Assembly: GCA_030248215.1 (NCBI GenBank)
Contig: JASANG010001881.1
Coordinates: 1-64,000 of the forward strand
Direction: 5' to 3'
Length of the DNA: 64,000 bases
Source: Enoplolaimus lenunculus
Lineage: Eukaryota
In this document: piece after piece, positions 50,001 to 62,425 of the stretch
Position numbering within the stretch: the first letter of the stretch is position 1
How the letters are laid out: the number at the start of each line of letters is the position of its first letter
Position numbers and translations under genes: made by a program
The notes under the pieces: model-generated
Told to the model about the DNA's origin: nothing
The model's input: the letters and a program-made list of their open reading frames with translations, nothing else
Databases searched by the model: none

Positions 50001-53000
50001 ATTAAATTTGACTAATTTTAATGGTTGAAATTTGAATTTTGGCATTTTAAAGGCCTTAAATGTAACGGAACTAATAAAGCTGATGTGTGTTTCACCAATC
50101 GCTGGGTGTCATTTGATTTTAACTTCGGCTCAGTTCAGTCTAAAGTAAAGCTATTCAGGATCAAGCTTAAAGTTGCGGTTAGATTACAGATGAGACTATG
50201 ACATAAACAAATTTAGAATGGCGTTATACCTTCGATGATGTCCCACGCCGTTCGTCGAGGTCCGTCGCCGTCCGGCGCCGTCCATCACCGTACGTCACCG
50301 CGCGGTATATTACGCGACTTACGATACAGCATTTTGACGGCCTGTGACAGACGGCTACAGACGGCGCCGGACGACGCTGCGCAAGTATAACGTCACCCTA
50401 ATTGTTGAAATTCAGCGTAGGTTTGGGTTCATTCCGGCATAGATTAGTGACTCCGACTGCTCCAGCAACTGTGATAGAGTCAACACATCTTTCAACGAGC
50501 TGACACATCCCCAGCAGTATTTTTTAGTTTGGCTAAACGTACTTTTTTTGGCTGTCGCCGTCCCAGATTTGGATGAAGGCGACAGATCTTTTGGATGTTC
50601 GAATGACGAGTTGTTGTCTGAAAATTAAAAAATAAAACCAAAATACAAATTTTATTTCATCGTTGAATTTCAAATTTCGCTAATTCTATAAATTTAACCT
50701 CTGAAATTTAGTATTTATTTTTCTATAAATGTTATGTGTTCCGAATATATATATAACCCATTGGTTGGCTTTTGTTTAGCCATAGGTTTTAGAGGGCATT
50801 CCTATATGACCGCCTTTGCCTAAGTGTTTGCCTAAATTTTGACTTTAAAACAAAACCAAAACCAGTACAAAAGTCTGTTGGTTTCCCAAAAATTATAGTT
50901 GTGGGGTTTCTAAATTTAAAACCGCCGCAAAAAGACAGTTTGTAGTTTCCTCCCGCAGTGAGAAAGTCTTGCGTACGCTTTACGCTATGGCTTATACCTA
51001 TGCTTAGTTACACGCTTAAAAGGCTTAGACTTAGGCTTAGGATTAGGCTTATGCCAGTGATGCGGTCTGCCACATTCATATGGGACATGAGAGCTTGTCC
51101 CCTGTGGGTGGAAGTACAGAAAACTTACCAGACACAGCTCCGGATCCAATTGCTGACTGGGTAGAAGATAACTGAGCACTTAACTGATAAGTTGTTGTTG
51201 CTGTTGTTGTTGCTATTGCTGGTGAACCTAATATCGAGTCACCACTATTGCTATTTTGCGCAACATCTAGCGTATTTAGGCAGTTTGTAGTGTCGAACGG
51301 ATACGGACACGTAGGACCGGCAGTACTTGTCACGGCTGCGTAGTAATGGGAGTAAGCCGTTTGAGGATAGTACATGTAATCAAAGGTTTGTCCTGGTCCC
51401 GCTGTTGCACTGTAGGGATTTCGTCCTGAAAATGGCGAAATTACGTTAAAATTGACAGTGATATATACATCTCTGTTAGATTCAAACTTATAAGCTCGTA
51501 GTTAGGTAAGAGGCAAAAGCTTAGGCTAATACCTAAGCTTATGCGGGGTTCACGTTACCGATTGTGTTTTTGGGACCTGTTTTGTCCCCTACCCATAGCA
51601 GGAGGTAGAAACAACCTATATGAATAGATTGTTAGCTAGCTACTACCCATATGGGTACCTTACGTTTGTAGCTATGGGTAACTGGTCTTCGATTTGTTAC
51701 CCATATGGGTACCTTGCGAGTGTTTTAACAATATTTATAGTTTGCGTAATTTTCTAGATTTTTTCCAAAGATATATTGTAAAAAACTAAACCTGACTTGT
51801 AAAACAAACTCACTGTACAGAGTCGATTTAAAGTGCAAGCTTGAAAGAGCATTATGATGACATCTATATGGGCCACAAGTAGACATCTTGACTCTACCCA
51901 TATGGGTAGGTCAATATTTCAAAAACCTAGCAATGTGCAATATTTTTTTCTGTTGGTATAAATCCATATGGGTAATAAAAAAGTTACAGTATACAGCCAT
52001 GGGCATAGTGACAAAACAGGTACCAAGTGCACAATTGGTAACGTGAACCCTGCATTAGGGCAGCCTTTTCCTAATCCTGAGCCAGAAGCTTAAACCTATG
52101 GGGGGGTACAAAGCTTGTAAAATGTTGGTAATTTTTCGATTGAAAACTGAACGAAATTTTGTTTTCGTAATCACAGGCCTGCGATACGATAATTGCTACA
52201 GTTGCAGCACGCAGTAAATATAAGAAGATTGCACAATTTTTGCAACGAAACTGACTATAATTTAAACTGTCAGTAAGTTGTCGGTGCTAAAACTTTTAGG
52301 GCTGAGGTATACTCCGCACGGTCAGACATTGTCGCACATTTTGATACTTTACATTTAATAACCGTTCGGGTAACGAATTGTCGTGATACCACAACCGATA
52401 TGTCCTCTTCACCCCATCCAACTCATAAACAAATGCTAAATTTACCGTAATAACTACTAAGTTGCGCTTGCGAAGATGAATTAGCGTTGAAGTATGCATT
52501 TAGCGGATATGCTGGACTAGATTTAAGCGAGCGAATGCCTAAAATAAACAAACGTACAATAATTGTTTTAACCAAGATTGAATAATGACCAAAGTGTGCA
52601 CCTCTTGGGGTCGCGCATGGTACCAAATGTACCATCGGGTGTTGCGTTTTTGGCCGACAACCCTTTGTTAGAAGGGGGGTCGCTAATACCCCGGAATTAA
52701 CCTATAGGGGAAGCATGTTTGATGCAGCATATATAAAGTGCCATGGTTCGCGCCGGTTCTACCCCCCTCTAAATAAAGGGGGTTGGGCAAAAACGCAACG
52801 CGTGTCTGGTACATTCTTTTCTGTACAGAATGTGCACAGTGGCACACTCTTGTTAAATAGCGATTATCCACTCCTGTTTTTGCTAATTTATAAAACTAAA
52901 AATTTAGTATTTTTCGTAACACTTTGGTTTCTATGTTTTGGTTCGTATGCAAATTTTTTAAACCTTGAAAATGCCCACACCCCCAGGCTGCTGTTCCACT

Positions 53001-56000
53001 ATATGCCAGAGATGGAAGTGTATCGTGCGTCTCCGTGCGGTCGGGGTCGGACTGGGCGGAATTGGTCACACTACGGATTCGGCCGCTGCACATGAGGCAA
53101 AAACCAAACGTTGGATTTGCCTCGGTTTTGAAATTTTTGGCTCACAAGTAAACTGAAGTTTTTTCCAGGGGACTGAGCATCTAAAATTTTTGTCGCTAAT
53201 CGGAGTTTTGAATTTTTTAGTCCACCGCTTGCCAACATATATATTATATCATAGTTCCAACAGGACCTAAATTTTGCCGAAACAGGAACAGGAACAGGAA
53301 TCGAATTTCTGTGCAGGAACCGCAATTTGAAATAAATTTCATCACCGAATACTGTTGGACTTTTTAGAAAACTTGCCAAAAAATGACTTAAGCGAATTTT
53401 GAGCTATTTAATCATCAAGTTTTGCGAAAACACAACAGAAACAGTTTATTAACAAAATTGAAGTAATTCGAAAAACTCACATGTCGAAATAACAATTGTT
53501 AAACACAACGTTTCCAATATTTAAATGATTATGAATTATTTGCAACAAAACCGTAACAATTCCAGTTACAGGAATTCAATTTTTGCAGAAATTCCGGTTG
53601 ATCCCTGATATATGTTTAAATAAATAAATAAATAAATAAATATTATATATATTAAGCATCGTATTAAGCGACATATATGCATAATAAGTCCAAATTACTA
53701 ATTACAATTGTTCTACTGTACAAAAAGCAGTTGGTACCAAATTTACATGACCGCTGAGCGCAGTGGCGGATCCAGGATCTCAAAATGGGGGGGCAAAATT
53801 TTACAGGTAATAAACTTATTTTTGACCCATACTGTAGTGACCCAAATAAGAGTGGGGGTCCCCGTTTTGAGTACCAATTAATAGGAGTCCGTATTTCTAA
53901 TAAGAATCCGTAAGCGGGTAGAGTCCTTAAACCCTTGTTTAGAGTCCATAAATGTCTATTATCCCTCAATGTAGTGCATAAATGACTCCAGGGCCAAGAA
54001 ACTTTAAAGCGTGCTTATACTATTGTGTAGAAAACAGAGAAATAAACAGCGTATAACAGCAATTGACACTATATAATTTTTGTCGAGATGCTGTTGGGGG
54101 GGGCACGGCCGGGGTGCCCCCCGTGGATCCGCCATTGGCTGAGCGAGTTATACACAACCGCACTACGGATATAAGTCCGAATTAAACATTTTGGCCGTCT
54201 GGCTGAGGGTTCATTTAATGTTCTGCCCGGCGAGATTGACATTTTTCTTGGTTTTCCAGCCATATTTTGTAAGGACTACAAATCCCTGTATGGCACTTAC
54301 CGTAAGTAGTTGATAACGCAGAATATGGATTAGATGAATCGGTAACGTATAATCCCACGCCACCAGGGAGATGTTGACTATTGTACATGTTTCTTAAAGC
54401 AACAACAACAACAACAACAATAACGATTTAGCAAGTTGTTCTAATACCTGTGAAAGTGGTTACTTTGTATCAGACTTACGTATAGAACAGGACCGGAACA
54501 GTAGTATAAGCATATTCTTAAGCCTAAGCGCAAGCCTAAGCGTAAGGATGATCTTATTCCTAAAGCCTAAGCCTAAGCGTAAGGATGAGCCTATTCCTAA
54601 GCCTAAGTTTAAGCCTAAGCTTAAGCGTAAGCCTAAGCGTAAAGATGAGCTGATTCCTAAGCCTAAGCAAAAAAGTTAGTCTAAAGCTTAACTTGACACA
54701 ATTTCACCATGCAGGAAAACGTTCCATCTCTGTGCTATGGTCCCTAAAGCGTCTAAAAGTGTTTGTTTTGTATCATCCCTTGATAATTTTTTGGAGAAAA
54801 TGAATTACCCCGAACAATTCCAGAAACAGATCATAATCGAGATAAGTAAAGTCATGGTGCCCATAGTCAGAAGGCAGCCAGGGTGAACACAGCCCCCACG
54901 AAGAATTTTGCATTTACTTCTAGTGAATTTTCAACCTTGCTTGTAAGTCATCGAAATCCCTTGTATGTCGCTCCTGACACATTTTTAGCTCACCCTAGGA
55001 AGATGAGCTGGCTATAGGCCAACCTTGTATACGAGTTTTGGCTCATGTATGAACCGATCAGTGGACATTGTCCACAAGATACCATTTTCAAAGACGCAAG
55101 CATGTGAGAACTGTCCCTGGAAGGCGACACATATTTGAATTTCAATCGTGTACTCGAATCGATTTAAGCAGACAAAGGTCAAAAGCTTCGAATTCTCAAC
55201 TGTAATTCGAAATTCAACGTGGAGGTCAAGTTTACACAATTGTTTGATCACTAACATATACCGACATTCAACTGTGAACAGACTAAAGCATTTGAGTAAA
55301 TATGAAAATGTTTCAGAATGTCACCAAGTTAAAAAGCGTATCAGCAAAAGTGATTTTTGTGAATTTGCTAAAATTTCCGTGTTCTATGGAATTATTAGGT
55401 TATTAGCCAGCTTATACGCTGAATCCTTTAAATTTAAACCTAATAATTTGTTATAACTGATCCGTGGATCAGGTTAAAATTTCAAACTGTAAGCAAGTGA
55501 GACATGCTTGTCCTGGTGCGTATGCAATATATACGTAATGAACATTTTGTAGTATGCTAGCTGGCAGGATACGGTCGACAGATATGACGAAAAATGCCGT
55601 AGGAGACGCGGGTTGCGTGGCGCAGTGGTACAGCGTTCGCTTAAGTATCTGTAGGCATCGAGTTCGATCCCCGCTCCGGAGGCCCACGTTTCTGACTCCT
55701 TAGTTGACAGGTCTGAAGTCCCGGTACCTACCTAGACTGACAAACACGCCGACATCATCGTTGTGCTAGAATATCTATTGTGTAAGTGGAATTTTAAAAC
55801 ATTTAAAACATCCGTTTTATGGCAGTCTCACGAATAAAATCTTGCGCATACGTCGAACGAGTTCGGGGGTGGCGGTATACTTTTGATGACGTTCGGCGCC
55901 GTCCGTTCAAAGGTGGGTCGAAAAAGGTTCGTTTTAGCAAAATTACAAACTCACCCTGTGTAGTATGCAGAATTGAAAGCTCCCGTTGCCGAAGGCAGCA

Positions 56001-58120
56001 ATCCTTTTTGGCCAGTAGTAAAATCTAAAATATATAGCAATATGCATATACATATAATATATATACATATATATTATGGCAAGCCAGCTTATAAGGCAAA
56101 CACTCCGGAGATGCATTTACTTTTGTCTTGAAATTTTTACCTCAAAAGTAAAAGCTGAAACATTTTTCAACAGCTTGCATATCTAAATTTTTGGTCGTGA
56201 AAATAGCCTACGTATAGAACACGGCCGGAACGTTTTCCTGCGGGGCTGTAATAGAGTCAGCTGAAGCTTTAAACTAACATTTTGCTTAGGCGTACGATTA
56301 GGTTTTGGCTGAGGAATATGCTAATCCTTACGCTTAGGGTAAGGCTTAGGAATAGGCTAAACCTTACGCTTTGACTTAGGCTTAGGAATAGGCTCATCCT
56401 TACGCTTTGGCTTAGGTTACGGTATGATTATACTACTGTTCCGCCCCTATTCTATACATAGGCCGTGAAAATTGTACTCAATAATCAAAGTTTTATGTTC
56501 AAAAACCTTAGCTTACCTGATCTGAGAAATTTAAAACTAAAGTAACATTCGCTATTAAAATATAAAAAAAATACCTGAAAATTCAGACTCCAATCCAGTC
56601 GATTCTGCGGATATCATTGCACCGGTGGGATTTGCGATTCCGGACAGATGCAAATCGGACGAATTGTGCGAAGATGCGTTTGGAAATTGTCGACTCAAAT
56701 TTGTGTCATATTTTGACGAGGTATGCACTGAAAAACAAAGAAAAAATATACATTTCTGCAATATTAAAAATGAACTGTGAACAATAAATTGTCTGCCAGC
56801 GACATAAATTTTCCAGTCCTTGAATATATTTTACGCTTAGGGTGGCACTATACTTGCCATGCGGTTCCGTGTGGTGACGTCCGTACGGTATTGTACGTGA
56901 GTAATTCGTGTACCTCGTTGTACGCTGACACACGGCGCCGGACGGAACCGGACATCATCAAAACTATGACGTCATCTTTAGGTGTCTAAATATTATATTC
57001 GAAACGCAATATTAATATGACACCCGGTATTACTGGTATTTTTCACTAAACACATTGGCTGGGTTTCTGAAACCTACTAAAGTCGTACTTAAGTGTGCAC
57101 TAAGCGTTTACTTTGGCAATTTGTTGCACCGATAGTGTGAATTACGGACGCAGCTTAAATGGTCAGACAACGATGCACTCAGGGTTCAATCCCACGGTGC
57201 AGGATTTAATTAATGACACAACGGCTGTTGTACAGTCACACGATTGTTAGGCTTAGGCTTAGGATTATGCTTTATGCCTAAATTTATGCCTTTGCTTAAG
57301 CTTTTAATGTAGCTGAAGCCTTAATCTTAATTATGGGGAACGAATACAAGAGCCAACGAAACTTCGGCCAATGTAAAGAACAAGGGCGGTACAGTATTAT
57401 AAGCATATTCCTAAGCCTAAGCCTAAGCCAAACAAAAACCATTAGACTAAAGCTTAAGCTTTCTCTTTTCTTCTCCCACAGAAAAACGTTCCGACCACTG
57501 ATCTTTCCAAGAAATGGGTTGGTCAAAACAACCGAAACTTACAATTTGTATCACAATACGCTGCCGGGATCGCTCCGGAAGCGGAAGTAGATGGCACAGC
57601 TGTAGATCCGTATATTGCAGTCCAGGGGACCGGCGAGTTAAAGTAGCACGAAGATGTTGCTTGCTGAATCGCAGATGGTATCCCAGATGGATCCGGACAG
57701 CCGCTAGGATCAGTATTACTGTGGTGTGTACCGTAGCCGGCTGTGGGTGGTTGTTGTATCCCAGATCCTCCTATCCCAGACTGGTTTGAGCCATTAGTAT
57801 TGCTTTGATTTGTACCGGTGGGAAAATTTGAAATCTGGGTCGGATCTGGAGTAGCACATTGTTGTTGTTGGTGGTGGTGGTGGAGTTGTTCCGGTTGTTG
57901 TCGACATAAATTAAGCAATCCCTGATAGTCCGAATGTGACAGTAGAGTATAATTGGGATTTGACGGATTACTGTAAACTAAGGGACCACTGGATTGCAGG
58001 GGGACTTGTTGTTGAGTTTGAGGCCCGGTTCGGATAGGAATTGATTGTGCCGCTGTTATGGGTGAGATTGACTCAGTGGGTCGTGGAGAACAACGAGTAG
58101 GTTGATGATCAATAGAATTT
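43863..58120 (-). CDS. eya: Eyes absent homologue (HAD-family Tyr phosphatase / SIX co-activator), 5'-partial: join(58120-57543, 56727-56575, 56024-55955, 54392-54301, 52538-52446, 51425-51129, 50617-50543, 49995-49850, 49182-49093, 48302-48244, 46497-46193, 45399-45270, 44619-44498, 44044-43863)
   Basis: Eya-domain motifs [99 protein letters not shown]-rich N-terminal exons. All 13 introns are GT-AG with matching phases (about 796 aa). Confidence 0.92.
46193..46497 (-). CDS. eya: eya Eya-domain exon
   Basis: TTTTCAG|G acceptor; YNFNADGF...[21 protein letters not shown]; donor A|GTAAGC. Confidence 0.93.
46660..48160. repeat. 30-bp satellite with 60/120-bp higher-order structure in eya intron
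   Basis: Unit ATTTAAAA(T/A)GTTCAACT(G/T)AAACC(G/T)GT(CCGA/TAAA/TTCA), about 50 copies. Confidence 0.97.
48666..48857 (-). mobile_element. Merlin-like telomere-repeat MITE
   Basis: TIR GGCCCATGTATAGAACAGGGC; perfect TSD CCGTTTCC. Confidence 0.85.
49850..49995 (-). CDS. eya: eya exon with basic NLS-like stretch and HAD motif I (WDLDET)
   Basis: TTTTAG|CC acceptor; [12 protein letters not shown]...[18 protein letters not shown]...RFGK; donor AAG|GTAAGT. Confidence 0.95.
51542..52054. mobile_element. PIF/Harbinger-like MITE (related copy about 39560-39853)
   Basis: TTA|TGCGGGGTTCACGTTACCGATTGTG ... CACAATTGGTAACGTGAACCCTGCA|TTA; internal TACCCATATGGGTA palindromes. Confidence 0.72.
53761..54137. 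mobile_element. hAT-like MITE with nested fragment of the 10071 family
   Basis: CAGTGGCGGATCCA ... TGGATCCGCCATTG; perfect 8-bp TSD GCTGAGCG. Many degenerate relatives (GCGGATCCAG...) occur across the window. Confidence 0.82.
55608..55688 (+). pseudogene. tRNA-derived relic / SINE head
   Basis: A box TGGCGCAGTGG and B box GAGTTCGATCC at tRNA spacing; stems imperfect. Confidence 0.5.
56205..56464 (-). mobile_element. Merlin-like telomere-repeat MITE
   Basis: Termini AGCCTACGTATAGAAC / TTCTATACATAGGCC; perfect TSD GTGAAAAT. Confidence 0.82.
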
Positions 58121-58396
58121 CTGGAAAATACAAACAGTTATCGGAGGTATACGGTATTCTCCAAAATTTAAAGTTAAACATTAGGCTTAGCCTTATGCTT
58201 TAGACTTGACAAGTTTAGCTAATGGCTAGAAAAAGCCAGCTTAGTATGGGCGTCCTTAGGCATAGGTAAGCCTAGTGCTAATCCCTAAGCCCATGACTAT
58301 ATATCTCGGTACATGTCAATGGTAAAGTGTAAAGCAAAAAGATTGCTATAATTGCCATACATGTGCACATATACCGGAACGTGAAATTGTTGCAAT

Positions 58397-58467
58397 GACC
58401 TCGCTGTATAGCGGTAGAATGCTTGGCTCGAGTGCAACAGGGCCGAGGTTCAATTCCCGACGTGGTC
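58397..58467 (+). pseudogene. tRNA-like pseudogene
   Basis: Acceptor stem GACCTCG/CGTGGTC (6/7), D-arm-like TATAGCGGTAGAATGC, T-loop GGTTCAATTCC; anticodon arm degenerate. Confidence 0.45.
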
Positions 58468-58637
58468 CTTAACTTTGGGCAAAACTTCAAACAGGGATCG
58501 TGCCAACCGTTTAGTTCCAACAATATATACTTGGGTGGAAAGTGCGCAAAAGTTCAATTATTTCTTCCGAAACTAAAACGTTGAAAGCCTTCCCATACCT
58601 CAAGGTTCAAAAGGAGCCAGACTGAGATCAAAGGAGC

Positions 58638-61335
58638 GGTCTATGTCAAAAAACGAAGGACGAAATAGTACTATAAGCATATTCCTAAGCCTAAACCTAA
58701 GCGTAGGAATGAGCATATGCGTAAGCCTAATCCTAAGCCTAAGCCTAAACCTAAGCGTAGGAATGAGCATATGCGTAAGCCTAATCCTAAACCTAAGCCT
58801 AAACCTATGCGTAGGAATGAGCATATTTCTAAACCTAAGCCTAAACCTAAGCGTAGGAATGAGCATATGCCTAAGCCTTAACCTAAGCGTAGGAATGAGC
58901 ATATGCCTAAGCGTAAGCGTAGGAATGAGCATATGCCTAAGCGTAAGCGTAGGAATGAGCATATTTCTAAACCTAAGCCTAAACCTATGCGTAGGAATGA
59001 GCATATTTCTAAACCTAAGCCTAAACCTAAGCGTAGGAATGAGCATATGCCTAAGCCTTAACCTAAGCGTAGGAATGAGCATATTTCTAAACCTAAGCCT
59101 AAACCTAAGCGTAGGAATGAGCATATGCCTAAGCCTTAACCTAAGCGTAGGAATGAGCATATGCCTAAGCCTAAGCGTAGGAATGAGCATATGCCTAAGC
59201 GTAAGCGTAGGAATGAGCATATTTCTAAACCTAAGCCTAAACCTATGCGTACGAATGAGCATATTTCTAAACCTAAGCCTAAACCTAAGCGTAGGAATGA
59301 GCATATGCCTAAGCCTTAACCTAAGCGTAGGAATGAGCATATTTCTAAACCTAAGCCTAAACCTAAGCGTAGGAATGAGCATATGCCTAAACCTAAGCGT
59401 AGGAATGAGCATATTCCTAAACCTAAGCCTAAACCTAAGCGTAGGAATGAGCATATGCTTAAGCCTAAGCCTAAACTTAAGCGTAGGAATGAGCATATGC
59501 CTAAGCCTAAGCCTAAGCGTAGGAATGAGCATATGCCTAAACCTAAGCGTAGGAATGAGCATATGCCTAAGCCTAAGCCTAAGCGTAGGAATGAGCATAT
59601 GCCTAAGCCTTAACCTAAGCGTAGGAATGAGCATATGCCTAAGCCTAAGCGTAGGAATGAGCATATTCCTAAACCTAAGCCTAAACCTAAGCGTAGGAAT
59701 GAGCATATGCTTAAGCCTAAGCCTAAACTTAAGCGTAGGAATGAGCATATGCTTAAGCCTAAGCCTAAACCTAAGCGTAGGAATGAGCATATGCCTAAAC
59801 CTAAGCGTAGGAATGAGCATATTCCTAAACCTAAGCCTAAACCTAAGCGTAGGAATGAGCATATGCCTAAGCCTAAGCCTAAACCTAAGCGTAGGAATGA
59901 GCATATGCCTAAGCCTAAGCGTAGGAATGAGCATATGCCTAAGCCTAAACCTAAGCGTAGGAATGAGCATATGCCTAAGCCTAAGCCTAAACCTATGCGT
60001 AGGAATGAGCATATTTCTAAACCTAAGCCTAAACCTAAGCGTAGGAATGAGCATATGCCTAAGCCTTAACCTAAGCGTAGGAATGAGCATATGCCTAAGC
60101 CTAAGCGTAGGAATGAGCATATGCCTAAGCGTAAGCGTAGGAATGAGCATATTTCTAAACCTAAGCCTAAACCTATGCGTAGGAATGAGCATATTTCTAA
60201 ACCTAAGCCTAAACCTAAGCGTAGGAATGAGCATATGCCTAAGCCTTAACCTAAGCGTAGGAATGAGCATATTTCTAAACCTAAGCCTAAACCTAAGCGT
60301 AGGAATGAGCATATGCCTAAGCCTTAACCTAAGCGTAGGAATGAGCATATGCCTAAGCCTAAGCGTAGGAATGAGCATATTCCTAAACCTAAGCCTAAAC
60401 CTAAGCGTAGGAATGAGCATATGCTTAAGCCTAAGCCTAAACCTAAGCGTAGGAATGAGCATATGCCTAAGCCTAAGCCTAAACCTAAGCGTAGGAATGA
60501 GCATATGCCTAAACCTAAGCGTAGGAATGAGCATATTCCTAAACCTAAGCCTAAACCTAAGCGTAGGAATGAGCATATGCCTAAGCCTAAGCCTAAACCT
60601 AAGCGTAGGAATGAGCATATGCCTAAGCCTAAGCGTAGGAATGAGCATATGCCTAAGCCTAAACCTAAGCGTAGGAATGAGCATATGCCTAAGCCTAAGC
60701 CTAAACCTAAGCGTAGGAATGAGCATATTCCTAAACCTAAGCCTAAACCTAAGCGTAGGAATGAGCATATACCTAAGCCTTAACCTAAGTGTAGGAATGA
60801 GCATATGCCTAAGCCTAAGCGTAGGAATGAGCATATGCCTAAGCCTTAACCTAAGCGTAGGAATGAGCATATGACTAAGCCTTAACCTAAGCGTAGGAAT
60901 GAGCATATGCCTAAGCCTAAGCGTAGGAATGAGCATATTCCTAAACCTAAGCCTAAACCTAAGCGTAGGAATGAGCATATGCCTAAGCCTAAGCCTAAAC
61001 CTAAGCGTAGGAATGAGCATATTTCTAAACCTAAGCCTAAACCTAAGCGTAGGAATGAGCATATGCCCAAGCCTAAGCGTAGGAATGAGCATATGCCTAA
61101 GCCTTAACCTAAGCGTAGGAATGAGCATATGCCTAAGCCTTAACCTAAGCGTAGGAATGAGCATATGCCTAAGCCTAAGCGTAGGAATGAGCATATGCCT
61201 AAGCCTAAGCCTAAACCTAAGCGTAGGAATGAGCATATGCCTAAACCTAAGCCTAAACCTAAGCGTAGGAATGAGCATATTTCTAAACCTAAACCTAAGC
61301 CTAAACCAAAGCCTATGTCTAAGCCAAGCAAAAAT
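58638..61335 (+). repeat. ~2.7 kb telomere-like satellite: [(CCTAAG/CCTAAA)1-3 CGTAGGAATGAGCATAT(G/TT)]n, derived from the Merlin-like MITE
   Basis: Begins with the degenerate MITE left end (GGTCTATGT...AGTACTATAAGCATATTCCTAAG) and ends AAGCCAAGCAAAAA like the MITE core; units are 24, 30 or 36 bp. Confidence 0.95.
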
Positions 61336-62034
61336 GAATGTCAAATTTGACTGTTGGCCGAATGGGATACGGGCCCAATGTGGGTACACAATTCCAGAGG
61401 CGGGCGAAACCTTGGGGGTGATGCGTTTAATAGAGATTAATGAGCGTGACGCAGTGTAATGCTCTCAAACACAATGAATTCAAAATTGCACCAAACAAAT
61501 CAATTTGACCTGCAGAAATCGTTCCACTCCATACAACGTGGGGGATACAGGAAGTTCGAACCAGTTCGACCCCACTCAGAAACATTGACTTAAGCTTGAC
61601 ACGAACCTATGCGTTAATATTCCGGGGTAAAAAAATTTCTCACTCGCTTCCGCCGACATTTTTTGAAGTCAGTACCGTCTGGTATGAAATTATAATCAAG
61701 TAACGGTCCACGACCCCACGTGTCACAATTGATTCTACGTCAAGGAACGCGAAGCCTTCTTATACGATTAACAAGTGTGACACACCCCTTTGTTTTTGAC
61801 TTTGTCATTTAAACAGCACCCTCGCTTGGTTAAATGCCCTGAGGGTCGTTAGCAAAATGGCCAACGATTATCATCTGTTAAATGTGAAAATAAAATTTGA
61901 AAATTAAAATTCCGGTCTGTCAAATCAGATTTGAAATTACACTTGAAGTATAAAAACAAGCTCGTTTGAGGGTCGTTGGGATTGTCAATTTCACAAGCGG
62001 ACGGTATTCACATCAAAAACGTCAGGCCACAATT

Positions 62035-62130
62035 GTTTCCCACGACCCTGGACAGGATTTTATATCGGAACAAGATTAAAGTTTCCCACGACCCTGGATA
62101 GGATTTTATATCGGAACATGATTAAAGTTC
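62035..62130. repeat. 46-bp direct tandem duplication
   Basis: GTTTCCCACGACCCTGGA(C/T)AGGATTTTATATCGGAACA(A/T)GATTAAA twice. Confidence 0.9.
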
Positions 62131-62240
62131 AATATCCATGCGCAGATTTCAAAGTCACCCGATTTGTGATTTTCTTTATACCATAAAAACTGTTTTCGAC
62201 AATTGGACATATTTAACATCTTGCTGCGATTACGTTTCTG

Positions 62241-62425
62241 GGCCCTTGTAAAGATCAGGGGCGAAACGTTTTTGCGTGGGACTAAAAAAGAGTAGGCTTA
62301 AGCTTTAGACTAATTCTTGCTTGGCTTATGCTTAGGCTTAGACTTAGGGATAAACTGCTTAGGCTTAGGCTTAGGCTTAGGAATATTCTTATAATACTGT
62401 TCCGGCCCTTTTCTTTACATTGGCC
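62241..62425 (-). mobile_element. Merlin-like telomere-repeat MITE
   Basis: Family TIRs and TTAGGC core. Confidence 0.72.

Noticed and set aside
52896..53093. GC-richer ORF in eya intron as an extra exon
   Set aside because: The candidate acceptors are phase 2 while the upstream donor is phase 1, and 54301->52538 already joins in frame.
58676..61330. CRISPR-like appearance (constant 18-mer with variable intervening sequence)
   Set aside because: The intervening sequences are just 1-3 telomeric hexamers, not unique spacers. The context is eukaryotic and there are no cas genes.
58676..61330. True telomere or chromosome end
   Set aside because: Hexamers are regularly interrupted, and unique sequence continues on both sides.
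58600..61459. 929-aa and 743-aa ORFs (LRLRHMLIPT / LSLSVGMSI / PKPKRRNEH repeats)
   Set aside because: These are translations of the satellite. Unit lengths are multiples of 6 and lack stops in several frames on both strands, and the unit derives from a MITE. There is no evidence of coding.
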